The position numbers and the translations under genes were made by a program. This document shows positions 31,525 through 41,290 of a stretch of DNA of 64,000 bases, one piece after another. The number at the start of each line of letters is the position of its first letter. Positions within the stretch are counted from its first letter, which is position 1. The DNA is taken from the NCBI GenBank assembly GCA_963774265.1, contig CAVZDU010000001.1:1184001-1248000 (forward strand). The letters are read 5' to 3'. This DNA is from an uncultured Chloroflexia bacterium (lineage in GTDB: Bacteria > Chloroflexota > Anaerolineae > CG2-30-64-16). The notes beneath the pieces are model-generated. The model had not been told where the DNA came from and made no database searches. It saw only the letters and a program-made list of their open reading frames with translations.

Positions 31525-31526
31525 GG

Positions 31527-32582
31527 ATGTTCGAACCAAACTTTCAGCGCACTGACTTGCTCATCGATATGATCGCCCGGATCGAGGTGGCCCGGGACCG
31601 TATTCTGCGCGCGCCTGTTGTGCCCCGATGGGAGGCCGAGCTGCGCAGCGATGCCGTTGCTCGCAGCGCCCATCACTCGACCAGCATCGAAGGCAATCCC
31701 CTGTCGCTGCAGGAAGTTACCGACCTGTTGGCGGGTCGCGACATCCTGGCCCATCCGCGCGATCGCCAGGAAGTGCTCAATTATGCTGCGGTGTTGCGAT
31801 ACATCGATCGGAATTTCCTGGGCCAGGGTCGAGAGATTACCGAGGAGACAATCCGTCGCCTGCACGCACTCGTCGTCAAGGATGTCCTGCCGCCTCCAGA
31901 AGTTGGCCATTACCGCGGTGTGCCGGTGGTCGTAGGCGTGCCGGCAACGGGCGAAGTCGTCTTCCGGCCTCCCGGCTGGGAAGACGTTCCCGACCTGGTG
32001 GCCGACCTCGTCCTTTGGCTCAACGGCCCTGAATCAGCCGGGCTGATGCCGGTGTTGGAAGCAGGGATCGCCCACTACGAGCTGGTTCGCATTCATCCCT
32101 TTGTGGATGGCAATGGTCGCACGGCCCGGGCGTTGGCAACCCTGGTTCTGTGCCAGAGAGGTTTTGACACCAAGCGATACTTTGCCCTGGACGAGTATTA
32201 CAACCAGGATCGCGCCGGCTACTATGAAGCCCTGCGGTCCGTTGATCCAGGAACTCGGGATCTCACGGAGTGGCTGGAGTACTTCGTGCAAGGGATTGCA
32301 GTCGAGATCACGCGAGTCGAGCGCCGCGTGCAGGAAATGGCCACCCTATGGGATCTTGAGGCCCAAGCCCAACAGATATCGCTCAACGTGCGCCAGATCA
32401 AGCTGCTCGAGTTTCTGCGTCAAAGCAAGGGCGGTATCGGCAATCATGAATATCAGGGCCTGTTTCACGTCTCAAAGAGAACAGCCAGCAACGATCTGGC
32501 CGAATTGGTCAGCCACGGTCTTCTGACGGTTGAAGGCGCCGGGCCTGCGACGCGCTATCGGCTGAGCCCTGCCAGTGGCTGA
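31527..32582 (+). CDS. Fic-domain protein with C-terminal winged HTH
   Basis: STSIEGN autoinhibitory motif, HPFVDGNGRTAR catalytic motif, SKRTASNDLAELV..G HTH. Confidence 0.95.
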   Translation: MFEPNFQRTDLLIDMIARIEVARDRILRAPVVPRWEAELRSDAVARSAHHSTSIEGNPLSLQEVTDLLAGRDILAHPRDRQEVLNYAAVLRYIDRNFLGQGREITEETIRRLHALVVKDVLPPPEVGHYRGVPVVVGVPATGEVVFRPPGWEDVPDLVADLVLWLNGPESAGLMPVLEAGIAHYELVRIHPFVDGNGRTARALATLVLCQRGFDTKRYFALDEYYNQDRAGYYEALRSVDPGTRDLTEWLEYFVQGIAVEITRVERRVQEMATLWDLEAQAQQISLNVRQIKLLEFLRQSKGGIGNHEYQGLFHVSKRTASNDLAELVSHGLLTVEGAGPATRYRLSPASG

Positions 32583-32605
32583 TTGCCCGATTAATTGCTC
32601 GATTA

Positions 32606-32740
32606 TTGCCCGATAGACGATACGAGGCATTGTTGCCCCATCTGGCCAACGTCACGCTCTGGCGCTTCGAGGGCAGCCTGCTCCGCCTGCGTTACCGGCT
32701 CATCCAGCGCGCGGCCGGCGAGAGCTGGAACAATTCGATC
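32606..32740 (+). pseudogene. Short fragment resembling the N-terminal region of BREX PglZ
   Basis: PDRRYEALLPHLANVTLWRFEGSLLRLRYRL directly after fic; resemblance is from recall only. Confidence 0.4.
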
Positions 32741-32748
32741 CCCTCGCG

Positions 32749-35700
32749 TTATTTGCGCTTGCGCCGGCGGGCGAGCGCTGCGGTGACGGCGAGGAAGGCC
32801 GCGGCCAGGGCGGGCAGGGCCACCGGGGGGGCGGACGAGCCGGCGATGGCGGTCAGGTGGGCCGCGTTTGGCTCGGCGGCGACAAACGCGATGGGCGCGT
32901 GGCGCGTCCTGGCGCCGTCCAGCGCGAGGTCTTCGAGCTGATAGTAGTGGGTCGAGACGGGATCGGCGGAGGGATCGAGCCACCGGTAGGCGTGGCCCTC
33001 GCTCGAGCCGGGCGCGACCGCGGGGATCAGCGCCTGGTTGAGCTTCGTCCAGGAGCCCTGAGGCGATGACGCGCGGTAGAGGTTGAAGCCGGCGTTGTTA
33101 AACTCGGAGACGGTTTCCCAGGTGATGAGGATGCCGGCCGGCGTGAGGGCCGCATCGATGGCCGCGAGGCGCACGGCCAACGGGCCGGGTGCGAACGTGT
33201 AGTCCTCGGCTTCGCCGCCATCCGCACGGCCGATCGGCTCCAGCGACGCATCGGCTGCCTGGAGTGTCGACGGGGATGTGCAGGCGGACACCGAGGGATC
33301 GGGCGCGGGCACAAGCCGGAAGCGCATATTGTACACCGCGGTGGAGCTGATCGCGCCGATGGGGATCGCGAAGGTGACAGGTTGATCCACGCCGGGCAGC
33401 AGGGGCACGCCATCGATCACTTTCTCGGCCGCGCTCCAACGCCCATCAGGGGTGTGGGCCGAGCCTTCCCCCGGGTCAGCGCCCGTGTAGTCGAGCCAGG
33501 CGTGGAGACACGCGTATTCGCCCGGGGCGCCGGTGACCGTGACGGCAACCTCGCCCTGGCCGTCGTTCCAACTGCTTTCTCCGCGCAGCACGCCGTCGTC
33601 GGGATCGCCCCCTGATTGGTCCCCCCAGAGCGTTCCCAGGCGCAGGGCGCCCTGCCCCGTATGCCAGGCCAGTCCGTAGTCACCGCCCAGGTCGCTCCGG
33701 TCGGGGAGCAGGGCGAGTCCGATGAGGATGGGGTCATGGCTCGCCGCGCGGTAGGGATCGGCGTTGTAGAGGCCAGCCTGTTGCGCGGCGGACTTGTTTT
33801 CCACGTTGTAGTCCAGCGCGCCCGGCTCGTCGGCATTGATGTGCCACGGCTCGGCGCCGATCACCTGGGGCAGCAGCGCGGCGCTGGCCAGGCCGCGGTC
33901 GCCCGCGCCGGACAGCCCATCCCAAACGACCGTGTAAGCCGTGCTGCCGGCACCCAGGGAGAGCAGGTCCGTGTAGCCGCCCGCGACGAGCGTCCTGATG
34001 GGGGCTTCGCGGGCGAACGCGTTGGCGTCGCCGACCCACAGGAAGTCAGGATCGCCGGCCCCGGTGGGGTCGGCGGCCAGCCAGGCCAGGAGCGCCTCCG
34101 CGGCTTGCGTGCGCAGGGCGTTCCAGCAGCCCTGCCCGTCGCCCTGATCGGCATCGTCGCCACTGGCCGGACAGCCATCCCGTTGGGGGAGATCGTTCAC
34201 GACGACCGTGAGCCGCTCGCCCCACTCGCCCTCCTCGAAGGTTTGCGCCATCGGAACGTGGTCAGCCAGCGGGAGTTGCGTGAACGCGCCTGTCTCCGGC
34301 TTTGCGGGAGAACCGACCGGCGTCACCCGCGCGGGCTGATAGACGATCGCAACGGTTGCGGCGCCGCTGCCCCAGGGGACGCCCGCACCGGGAACGACGT
34401 AGGCATAGGCGCCGGGCGCCGAGGCGTTCAACCCGTCAACCAGATCGTCCAGCGCGCCGGCATCGCCGTAGCCGTCGTTTTCGATGCCCGTCACGCCCAG
34501 AATGTCCGTATCCAGGGCCAGCAACGCGGAGATCAGCTTGGCGCGCTGCCGCATGAACTCCCCGGCGCTGCCGGCGCCCAGGGAGCCGGTGAAGTCGCCG
34601 CTCCCGTCCCCGTTGAAGTAGTGACCGAGGTTCACCCCTGCCACGCGCACGTTCGCGCCGGTCAGCGCGGGGACCGAAGGACGCCCATTGGCCGGCGTGA
34701 AGGACACCGTGCCGACGGGTTGGACCCGATAGCCTCCCACCCCCTGATCGACCACGCCGGCCAGGCCTGTGGGGAGGGTGTCGCCCACACGTAGCGTGTG
34801 GCCTGCCGACAGGCCGGGATCGGGATGCACGATGGGGTCGGGGTGTTCGATGAGCACACCATCATCGAGCGTGATGCTGCGCAGGGCGATTCCCTCCTGA
34901 AACGCGGCAAAGCCAGCGACAGCGGGATCGTTCAGCTCCGTGTAGTGCCAGGGCCGATCCCCCTCCATAAGCCGGACCTGGCCGAGCGAGGCGAGCTCAT
35001 CGGTCCCGGTCACGGTGAGCAGGGAAGGGATCGTGACCAGCATGCCCTCGTAGTGCTCCCAAAGGTCTGCGGCCGACGCGGGCAGCGCGACGGCGGCCGG
35101 GGAGGGGAGGCCGGCTGAACCACAGGCGGCGAGCGATGTGATATTCGCCAGCGTTGTCAGCCCGTCAACCTCGGCCACGACGCCCGTGACGCGCACGCGG
35201 TCACCCGCCCCGACGTCCAGGGTCGACGCTGGCCCTTCGGCCACGAAGAGCGCCTCGGAGGTCAGCGGGTCAGCATCGGCGTCGGCGGCTTCCTCCTGAA
35301 CAAAGAAACCGGACAGCTTAGCAGCCCCCTGGAAGTCGCCCACGACGACGCCCTCGATGGTGCGGGTCGATCCGGCCAATGGGCTGGCGGCTGACGCGGC
35401 CTGGACCTCGTGGATGTGATCGGCGGGGTCCCCGCAGGCGTCAGGCGTGGGACCGGGGCAAGTGTGCGCCGGGGAGGCGCTGTTGCGGGGAGCAGGGGGT
35501 AGGATCTCGAAGTCGGCGGCGTTGTCGTCCGTGTCTGTGCAACCGCCGTCCCTGCGTACGGCGGCTGTGGTCGTGCTCGTGGGGGGTGTTGGCCCGGAGC
35601 CCTCCCAGTGGTTGGCGGCGCCATACCCGACATAATCGATGATATCCGGATCGCCTGCAATTTCGATGCGGTACGTGTTCGTAACCAGTGCAACTCTCCC

Positions 35701-36102
35701 ACTTAAGGGCTTCGACGTCATTCCCGCAAACTGTGCGTCGGCAGTGGGGAGAGGCAGACCTGCAGTGCCGCATTCGCCAGCTATCAGCGCGTACTGATAG
35801 GCCCCGATGCTCGCTGCCAGGGGCTTATGGACGGTGAACGTCAGCGAACCGGTACCGGTGGCTAACGCAGTCTGTAAGGACCATCCCACCAGGGACACCG
35901 GCGAGTCGCCGGCATTGAAGAGCTCGACGAAGGTGCAACTGTATGTTGAATCGAGCTTTGCCCCGCCCAGATACACCTGGCTGATACGTACATTGGGCGA
36001 GATCACTTCGGGAGCGGATGCGCCTGCGGGCGTGAAGGCGGAGAAGAGGACGAAAAGGACGACGGCGAATCGGACACGCGACGAGACGGCAGTGGGTGGC
36101 AT
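32749..36102 (-). CDS. ExeM/NucH-like extracellular nuclease homologue (LTD, OB-fold, EEP, GEVED-like, C-terminal anchor)
   Basis: Signal peptide; ISQVY..FVELFN (LTD); IEGVVVGDFQ..GFFVQE; EHYEGMLV; WHINADEP..LDYN; GEAEDY; C-terminal TM plus RRRKRK. Confidence 0.88.
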   Translation of the reverse strand: MPPTAVSSRVRFAVVLFVLFSAFTPAGASAPEVISPNVRISQVYLGGAKLDSTYSCTFVELFNAGDSPVSLVGWSLQTALATGTGSLTFTVHKPLAASIGAYQYALIAGECGTAGLPLPTADAQFAGMTSKPLSGRVALVTNTYRIEIAGDPDIIDYVGYGAANHWEGSGPTPPTSTTTAAVRRDGGCTDTDDNAADFEILPPAPRNSASPAHTCPGPTPDACGDPADHIHEVQAASAASPLAGSTRTIEGVVVGDFQGAAKLSGFFVQEEAADADADPLTSEALFVAEGPASTLDVGAGDRVRVTGVVAEVDGLTTLANITSLAACGSAGLPSPAAVALPASAADLWEHYEGMLVTIPSLLTVTGTDELASLGQVRLMEGDRPWHYTELNDPAVAGFAAFQEGIALRSITLDDGVLIEHPDPIVHPDPGLSAGHTLRVGDTLPTGLAGVVDQGVGGYRVQPVGTVSFTPANGRPSVPALTGANVRVAGVNLGHYFNGDGSGDFTGSLGAGSAGEFMRQRAKLISALLALDTDILGVTGIENDGYGDAGALDDLVDGLNASAPGAYAYVVPGAGVPWGSGAATVAIVYQPARVTPVGSPAKPETGAFTQLPLADHVPMAQTFEEGEWGERLTVVVNDLPQRDGCPASGDDADQGDGQGCWNALRTQAAEALLAWLAADPTGAGDPDFLWVGDANAFAREAPIRTLVAGGYTDLLSLGAGSTAYTVVWDGLSGAGDRGLASAALLPQVIGAEPWHINADEPGALDYNVENKSAAQQAGLYNADPYRAASHDPILIGLALLPDRSDLGGDYGLAWHTGQGALRLGTLWGDQSGGDPDDGVLRGESSWNDGQGEVAVTVTGAPGEYACLHAWLDYTGADPGEGSAHTPDGRWSAAEKVIDGVPLLPGVDQPVTFAIPIGAISSTAVYNMRFRLVPAPDPSVSACTSPSTLQAADASLEPIGRADGGEAEDYTFAPGPLAVRLAAIDAALTPAGILITWETVSEFNNAGFNLYRASSPQGSWTKLNQALIPAVAPGSSEGHAYRWLDPSADPVSTHYYQLEDLALDGARTRHAPIAFVAAEPNAAHLTAIAGSSAPPVALPALAAAFLAVTAALARRRKRK

Positions 36103-36175
36103 ATGGCTGCTCCTTTGGTAGCGTCGATGATTAGGCCAATGAAGGAGACTAACGAATCATACACCCAAATCGCGG

Positions 36176-37258
36176 CTACGGCGCAGCGGATTTCGAAGAA
36201 ATATATGTTGGATGCACCCCAAAAGTTGCAAGTTTCTCTGGATTATTGCGCCAGGCGTCCCAGGCCTCAGGTGTTTCTGTGAGCGCAGATAGCACCGACG
36301 TGAAGGCGTCATTGACGGGGGTGGGGATGCCGGCCCGTGCACCGGCCCGCGAGACCGCGCCGTTGAGCCAGGACACCTCGGAGCGCTTGCCTGACGAGAG
36401 CGCGACGTGCAGCGAAGGCATCTTGCTGCCGCGGCCGCCTGAGACGGTGGCCGCGAGGCCGCGGCCCAGCCAGGACGCGGGGAGCATCGGAACGATGGGC
36501 GCCAGGAGGGGGAGCGGATAGGAGGCCAGGCGCACGGGCCGAATGCGCTGGGCCGCCATCACGCGGAAAGCCTCCTGCCATGCGCGCGCCTCCAGCCCGG
36601 CGGTCGTCCGGTGCGCCATGACCTGGGCCGGCGTCCAATCCAGGATCGCGCATGCGGCGTTCGCGGGCAGGTTGAGCAGCAGTTTGGACCATTTGAGGCG
36701 CAGGTAGTCGTCAAAAAGATCCACAGCCAGGCCGGCCGCGACCAGGAGTCCCGCCGCACCGGCGACCGGCGCAGCGGCTGCGACCGGGGCGAGGCCGGCG
36801 CGGTAGCGCGGCCGATGCGCGGTGACGGTCCCCTGCTCGTCGAGAGAAAGGGGAGTCTCGATGGCGCCCGCGATGATGCGGTGTGGGCCGAACGCCGCGG
36901 CCAGGGACTCTTCATTGCCGACGCCATTTTGGAGGCTGAGCAGGGGGGGCGGCTCGGAAACCGCCACTGTGAGTTCCTCGATGACGGCCGCGGTATCGTA
37001 CGCCTTGACCGTCAGGAACGCGAGATCGTACTGTGAGGCAGCAAAGGCCTCAGCGAGGGTGGTGAACGCGGGCAGCGGGGGCGTCTGGCGCTCGCCACCG
37101 GGCTCGACCAGGCGGATGCCTGTGGTCCGCGCGATCTGCACGATGGAGGGGCGCCCCACCAGCGTGACGCGGCTTCCCGCGAGGGCCAGCCGTGCGCCGA
37201 TGAAGGAGCCGACTGCGCCCGCGCCGATGATCAGGACGCGAAGGTCAGAGGAGGCCAT
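36176..37258 (-). CDS. panE: Ketopantoate reductase family protein
   Basis: IIGAGAVG, TVKAYD, LQNGVG, KWSKLLLN, KMPSL..GKRSEVSWLNG. Confidence 0.85.
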   Translation of the reverse strand: MASSDLRVLIIGAGAVGSFIGARLALAGSRVTLVGRPSIVQIARTTGIRLVEPGGERQTPPLPAFTTLAEAFAASQYDLAFLTVKAYDTAAVIEELTVAVSEPPPLLSLQNGVGNEESLAAAFGPHRIIAGAIETPLSLDEQGTVTAHRPRYRAGLAPVAAAAPVAGAAGLLVAAGLAVDLFDDYLRLKWSKLLLNLPANAACAILDWTPAQVMAHRTTAGLEARAWQEAFRVMAAQRIRPVRLASYPLPLLAPIVPMLPASWLGRGLAATVSGGRGSKMPSLHVALSSGKRSEVSWLNGAVSRAGARAGIPTPVNDAFTSVLSALTETPEAWDAWRNNPEKLATFGVHPTYISSKSAAP

Positions 37259-38526
37259 ACGCCCCGGCCAGCACCTGCACGGTATGCACAACAGCCAGGC
37301 CAGAGCTGCCGGCGATGTTCCAGCGGCAGGTTTCGTTGTCGCAGATGGCGGTGGACGCGCCGGACGCCTTCAGCTTGTCGAACAGGGGCTTGCCGACGGC
37401 TTGGGCGATGGCGTGCTTTTCGTGCTTGTAGCCGTAGGTGCCGGTGATGCCACAGCAGTCGATGCCCATCTCTTCCACTTTCAGCCCGGGCACGAGCCCC
37501 AACAGGTCAAGCGCAGGGCGGCCGATGCGGTGCAGCTTCTGGTGGCAGGAGGTGTGATAGGGCATGTAGCGGCCGGCTTGGGGCTTGAAATCGGTCTTGA
37601 GCCGGCCCGCCTCGTGCTGCAACCAAAGGAACTCGTTGATGTCATAGACGTGCTCGGCCACCAGCGTCGCTTCCGGCGTGTGGATGCCCAGCAATTCGCG
37701 GTAGTCTGACTTGAGCTCGAGCCCGCAGCTCGTGCCGCCCACCACGATGGGGATGCCCTGCCGGGCGTAGGGTGCGAGCTTAGCGCAGGTTCGACCGCGC
37801 ATAGCGCCGCGCCTCAGCGAAGTTGCCGTTAGACTGCATCGGCAGGCCGCAGCAGTTTTGCGCGGGCAGGATGACCTCGAAGCCATTATGCTCCAGCACC
37901 GCGACGATGGCCTTGCCGACCTCGGCTTCGTAGTGCTGCGTCGCGCAGCCGTGGAAGTAGGCGACCTTTGGCCTTGACGTGCCGGGCACAACCGAAGCAC
38001 CCGGCACGCGAGGACGACTCGAAGAACCAGCCGCGAAACTTGCTGAAGTGGAAGGTGGGGAAGGGCGCGTCCCGGTCGATGGCGACCGTTTTCTCCATGA
38101 GGATGCGCACCGGCCTGAATCTCAGCACCGCGTTGGCCAGTGGGGCGACCCAGCCGCCGACCTGGCCCAGCACCTCGTTGTAGCCGAACGCGGTATTGCG
38201 CCACCACTTGAGGTCGAATGGGTTCTTGCGAAACTGCTGTTTGCGCAGCTCGGCCTTCGCCGACGGTGTTGATCTCCATGACCTTGACGCCGTGAGGACA
38301 AACGAGCGTACAGATGCCGCAGCCGGAGCAGTAGTCCAGGGAGGCGTCGGGCGACGGCGCGCCAGGATCGCGGAACCGTTGCGCCTGGGGACCCACGTAC
38401 TTTGGCCCGGGGAATAGATCGGTCGACGGGCACGACAGGACACGCGCTGGTGCAGATGTTGCACTTGACGCAGAGGTCCGCGGTGCGCTTGATATCCTCA
38501 AGCAGCGCTGGTGTGTAGTGTTCCAT
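37245..38526 (-). CDS. glpC: Anaerobic glycerol-3-phosphate dehydrogenase subunit C (frameshifted)
   Basis: CVKCNICTSACPV, PGPKYVGPQ, CSGCGICTLVCP, YFHGC, CCGLP, CCGITGTYGYK, ETCRWNI. Confidence 0.92.
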
Positions 38527-39972
38527 CAGATGACTTCGACGTCGTGCGGGTGGCTTTCGGCCACGCCGGCCTGGGTGATCTGGATGAATTCGGCGTTTTC
38601 CTGGAGTTCTGCAATGGAGCGAGCGCCGGCGTAGCTCAACGCGGAGCGCACGCCGCCGACGAGCTGGTTCAGCAGATCATCCACCGAGCCCCGATAGGGA
38701 ACGGCCGCTTCAACGCCCTCGGCCACGACGCGTGACCAGGACGGATCCTCGCCGTCGCCTTCGGCCTTGCGGTCCGGACGGTCCATGGTCGCGCCCAAAG
38801 ATGCCATGCCGCGGCTGACCTTCGTCCGCCGGTTGTTGCGCAGCACCACCACGCCAGGGCTTTCGTCTGTGCCTGCCAGGAGGCTGCCGATCATGACGCT
38901 CTGCGCGCCCGCGGCCAGGGCCTTGGCGACATCCCCCGAGGTGCGAATCCCGCCGTCCGCGATGATGGGCACCCCGTAGGGCGCGGCGGCCTCGGCCGCG
39001 TCAACCACGGCGGTGAGCTGCGGCACACCGAAGCCGGTCACGATGCGGGTGATGCAGATGGAGCCTGGGCCCACGCCCACCTTGACCGCATCCGCGCCGG
39101 CTTCGATCAGATCGCGCGTGCCGGCGGCCGTGGCAACGTTGCCCGCGATGATCTCGATCGCTCCGAACGCCTGACGCAGCTCAGTTACCGCATGGATCGC
39201 GTTGTCTGAGTGGCCGTGCGCGATGTCGACCACCAACGTGTCTGCGCCCGCATCCAGCAGGAGCGCCGCGCGGTCCAGGAAGCCGGCCTGTACGCCGACC
39301 GCGGCGCCGACGCGCAGCCGGCCTTTGTGGTCCTTGGTCGAGTAGGGATGCTGCAGAGAGCGCATGATGTCTTTGGTCGTGATCAGCCCGGCCAGGCGGC
39401 CATCCGAATCGAGCAGCGGCAGTTTTTCCAGCCGGTGCTCGTGGAGGATGCGTCGCGCCTCCTCCAGGCTGGCGCCTGCGGGTGCAGTCACCATGCGGCT
39501 TGCCGGCGTCATCACGGCGCACACATCAGCGTCATCGGAAGTGAATTGCAGATCCCGGTTGGTCAGGATGCCCGCGGGCTTGCCCTGTGCGTCGATCACC
39601 ACGAGGCCGCCGATGCTGTAACGCGCCATGATGGTCCGTGCTTCGTTGCACGTGGCGCCGCAGGCGATGGTGCGGGGCGACTCGACGATGTGGCTTTCGG
39701 CGCGCTTGGCTTTGCGCACCTCTTCGACCTGACGCTCAGGCGGACATGAAGCGGTGGATGATCCCGATTCCGCCGGCGCGCGCCATGGCGACAGCCATCC
39801 GGCCTTCGGTGACGGTGTCCATGTTGGCGCTGACGATGGGAATCTCCATGTGGAGATGCCGGGTCAGCATCGTCGCGGTGCTGACGTCGCCGCGCGAACG
39901 GACCGGTGAGCGCTTCGGAACGAGCAGGACATCGTCGAAGGTGAGCCCGGGGCTGGGATGTATGTTCGCCAT
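38526..39972 (-). CDS. guaB: IMPDH/GMP reductase family protein with CBS pair (frameshift near 39740)
   Basis: [61 protein letters not shown]. Confidence 0.88.
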
Positions 39973-40000
39973 AGCAGCCTCCATATCGGAAGTCTCGTGG

Positions 40001-41290
40001 TCAATCGAGCAGGGTGGACACCGCACGATACGCGGTGGCGATCCAGACCCCTTCGGTTGATCCCTCATAGGGCGCATTATATCCGCTTAGCAGCCGGCCC
40101 GCGACCCGCAGATTTTCGTAGAGCACCTGGCCATCGTCCCCGGTTGGCTGCATCCGCTGGTTGGCTGTGACGCCAACATCGTGGATCGCGTGCCTGGCCG
40201 GCAGGAAGCGATCCCCGAACCAGTCTGACATGGCCCGCGTGCCGGTGAGCGGCAACCCGAACACGGTCTCACGCAGCTCGCCGTGATGGTCGCTCGTGAT
40301 GCCGCCGCCATAGAGTCCGCCAGTGGCCAGGACTGTGGCGCGCGCCCGGTACACCCTCTCACGGACTGCGCTGCCCGCGACCTGCACAGCCGCGCCGGTC
40401 ACCGCGCTGAGGCGTGCACCTTCGACCTCGCTGCGGGACGGTTCCCAGAGGCCGCGGCCGACCGGCATGTTGAGCAGCAACTGCACACCGGCGCGTGCCA
40501 GCGCATCCTTGAAGATGTTGTACAGCCGCATGCCCGGCACACTGGGCGGCAGGGTCGGGATTTCGAAAACGGGAACACCGATGAGGTCCTGCAAGTGGCG
40601 CCACGCGTGGGGATAGTCGTTCAAGCCGAGCACCGCGGGCATGCCTACGCGGCGACTCTCTTGAGTCGCTGCGCCATTGAGCCGGGCCTTGATTTGGGCG
40701 GCCACCCGTTCGCGCACGGGGGCCTGGTCAAACAGGCGGGCCAGACCCGTCGCGAGGTTGTCGAACTTGACTGCCTGGATTTCCGGCAGGTCGAACGTGA
40801 ACGGCTCAGCCTGGAAGCCCTGGCGGCATAGATTGGCGGCACACAGCGCGGGATAGAAATCACGCCACCCCCGCGGACCGGCGATGAGCATGGGGCCGGG
40901 CTGATTGAGATCGCCGGCCGTGAAGCTTTCGGGGGCAAATGCGGCAGGTATGACCGCGCCGAGCGCGGTGGGCAGTCGTAGATTGCGCTCGAAGCCTCCC
41001 ATCAGGCGGAGGCCGGCCGGCTCACACAGGTTCTGCAGTGCTGCGACGCCGGCATGGAGCGCATCGAGTCCGGCGAGGCTGTAGGGATGGCTGGGATGCC
41101 GGCCGATCCAGTCAGCCAGCCCGCTGTCGAGATCGCCCTCCGTGTCCAGCACGCCGATCCAGCCCGGCATGACGTGGGTGGTCCCGATGCCCGTGGCGAG
41201 GAGGCGCACTTTGGCGCCTCCCTGGTGGGCGAGCCATGCCGAGAACAGCCCGGCAGGGCCTCCCCCAAAGACCAGAATGTCGTCCATCAT
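40001..41290 (-). CDS. glpB: Anaerobic glycerol-3-phosphate dehydrogenase subunit B
   Basis: [41 protein letters not shown]. Confidence 0.92.
   Translation of the reverse strand: MMDDILVFGGGPAGLFSAWLAHQGGAKVRLLATGIGTTHVMPGWIGVLDTEGDLDSGLADWIGRHPSHPYSLAGLDALHAGVAALQNLCEPAGLRLMGGFERNLRLPTALGAVIPAAFAPESFTAGDLNQPGPMLIAGPRGWRDFYPALCAANLCRQGFQAEPFTFDLPEIQAVKFDNLATGLARLFDQAPVRERVAAQIKARLNGAATQESRRVGMPAVLGLNDYPHAWRHLQDLIGVPVFEIPTLPPSVPGMRLYNIFKDALARAGVQLLLNMPVGRGLWEPSRSEVEGARLSAVTGAAVQVAGSAVRERVYRARATVLATGGLYGGGITSDHHGELRETVFGLPLTGTRAMSDWFGDRFLPARHAIHDVGVTANQRMQPTGDDGQVLYENLRVAGRLLSGYNAPYEGSTEGVWIATAYRAVSTLLD

Noticed and set aside
31032-31526. Long N-terminal extension on the Fic protein
   Set aside because: It is an alternate-frame read of the hsdM::pglX remnant and crosses a terminator; Fic starts at ATG 31527.
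32582-32615. Three TTGC(C/T)CGAT units after fic as an att site or operator
   Set aside because: Too short and with no partner site or integrase in the window to support a function.
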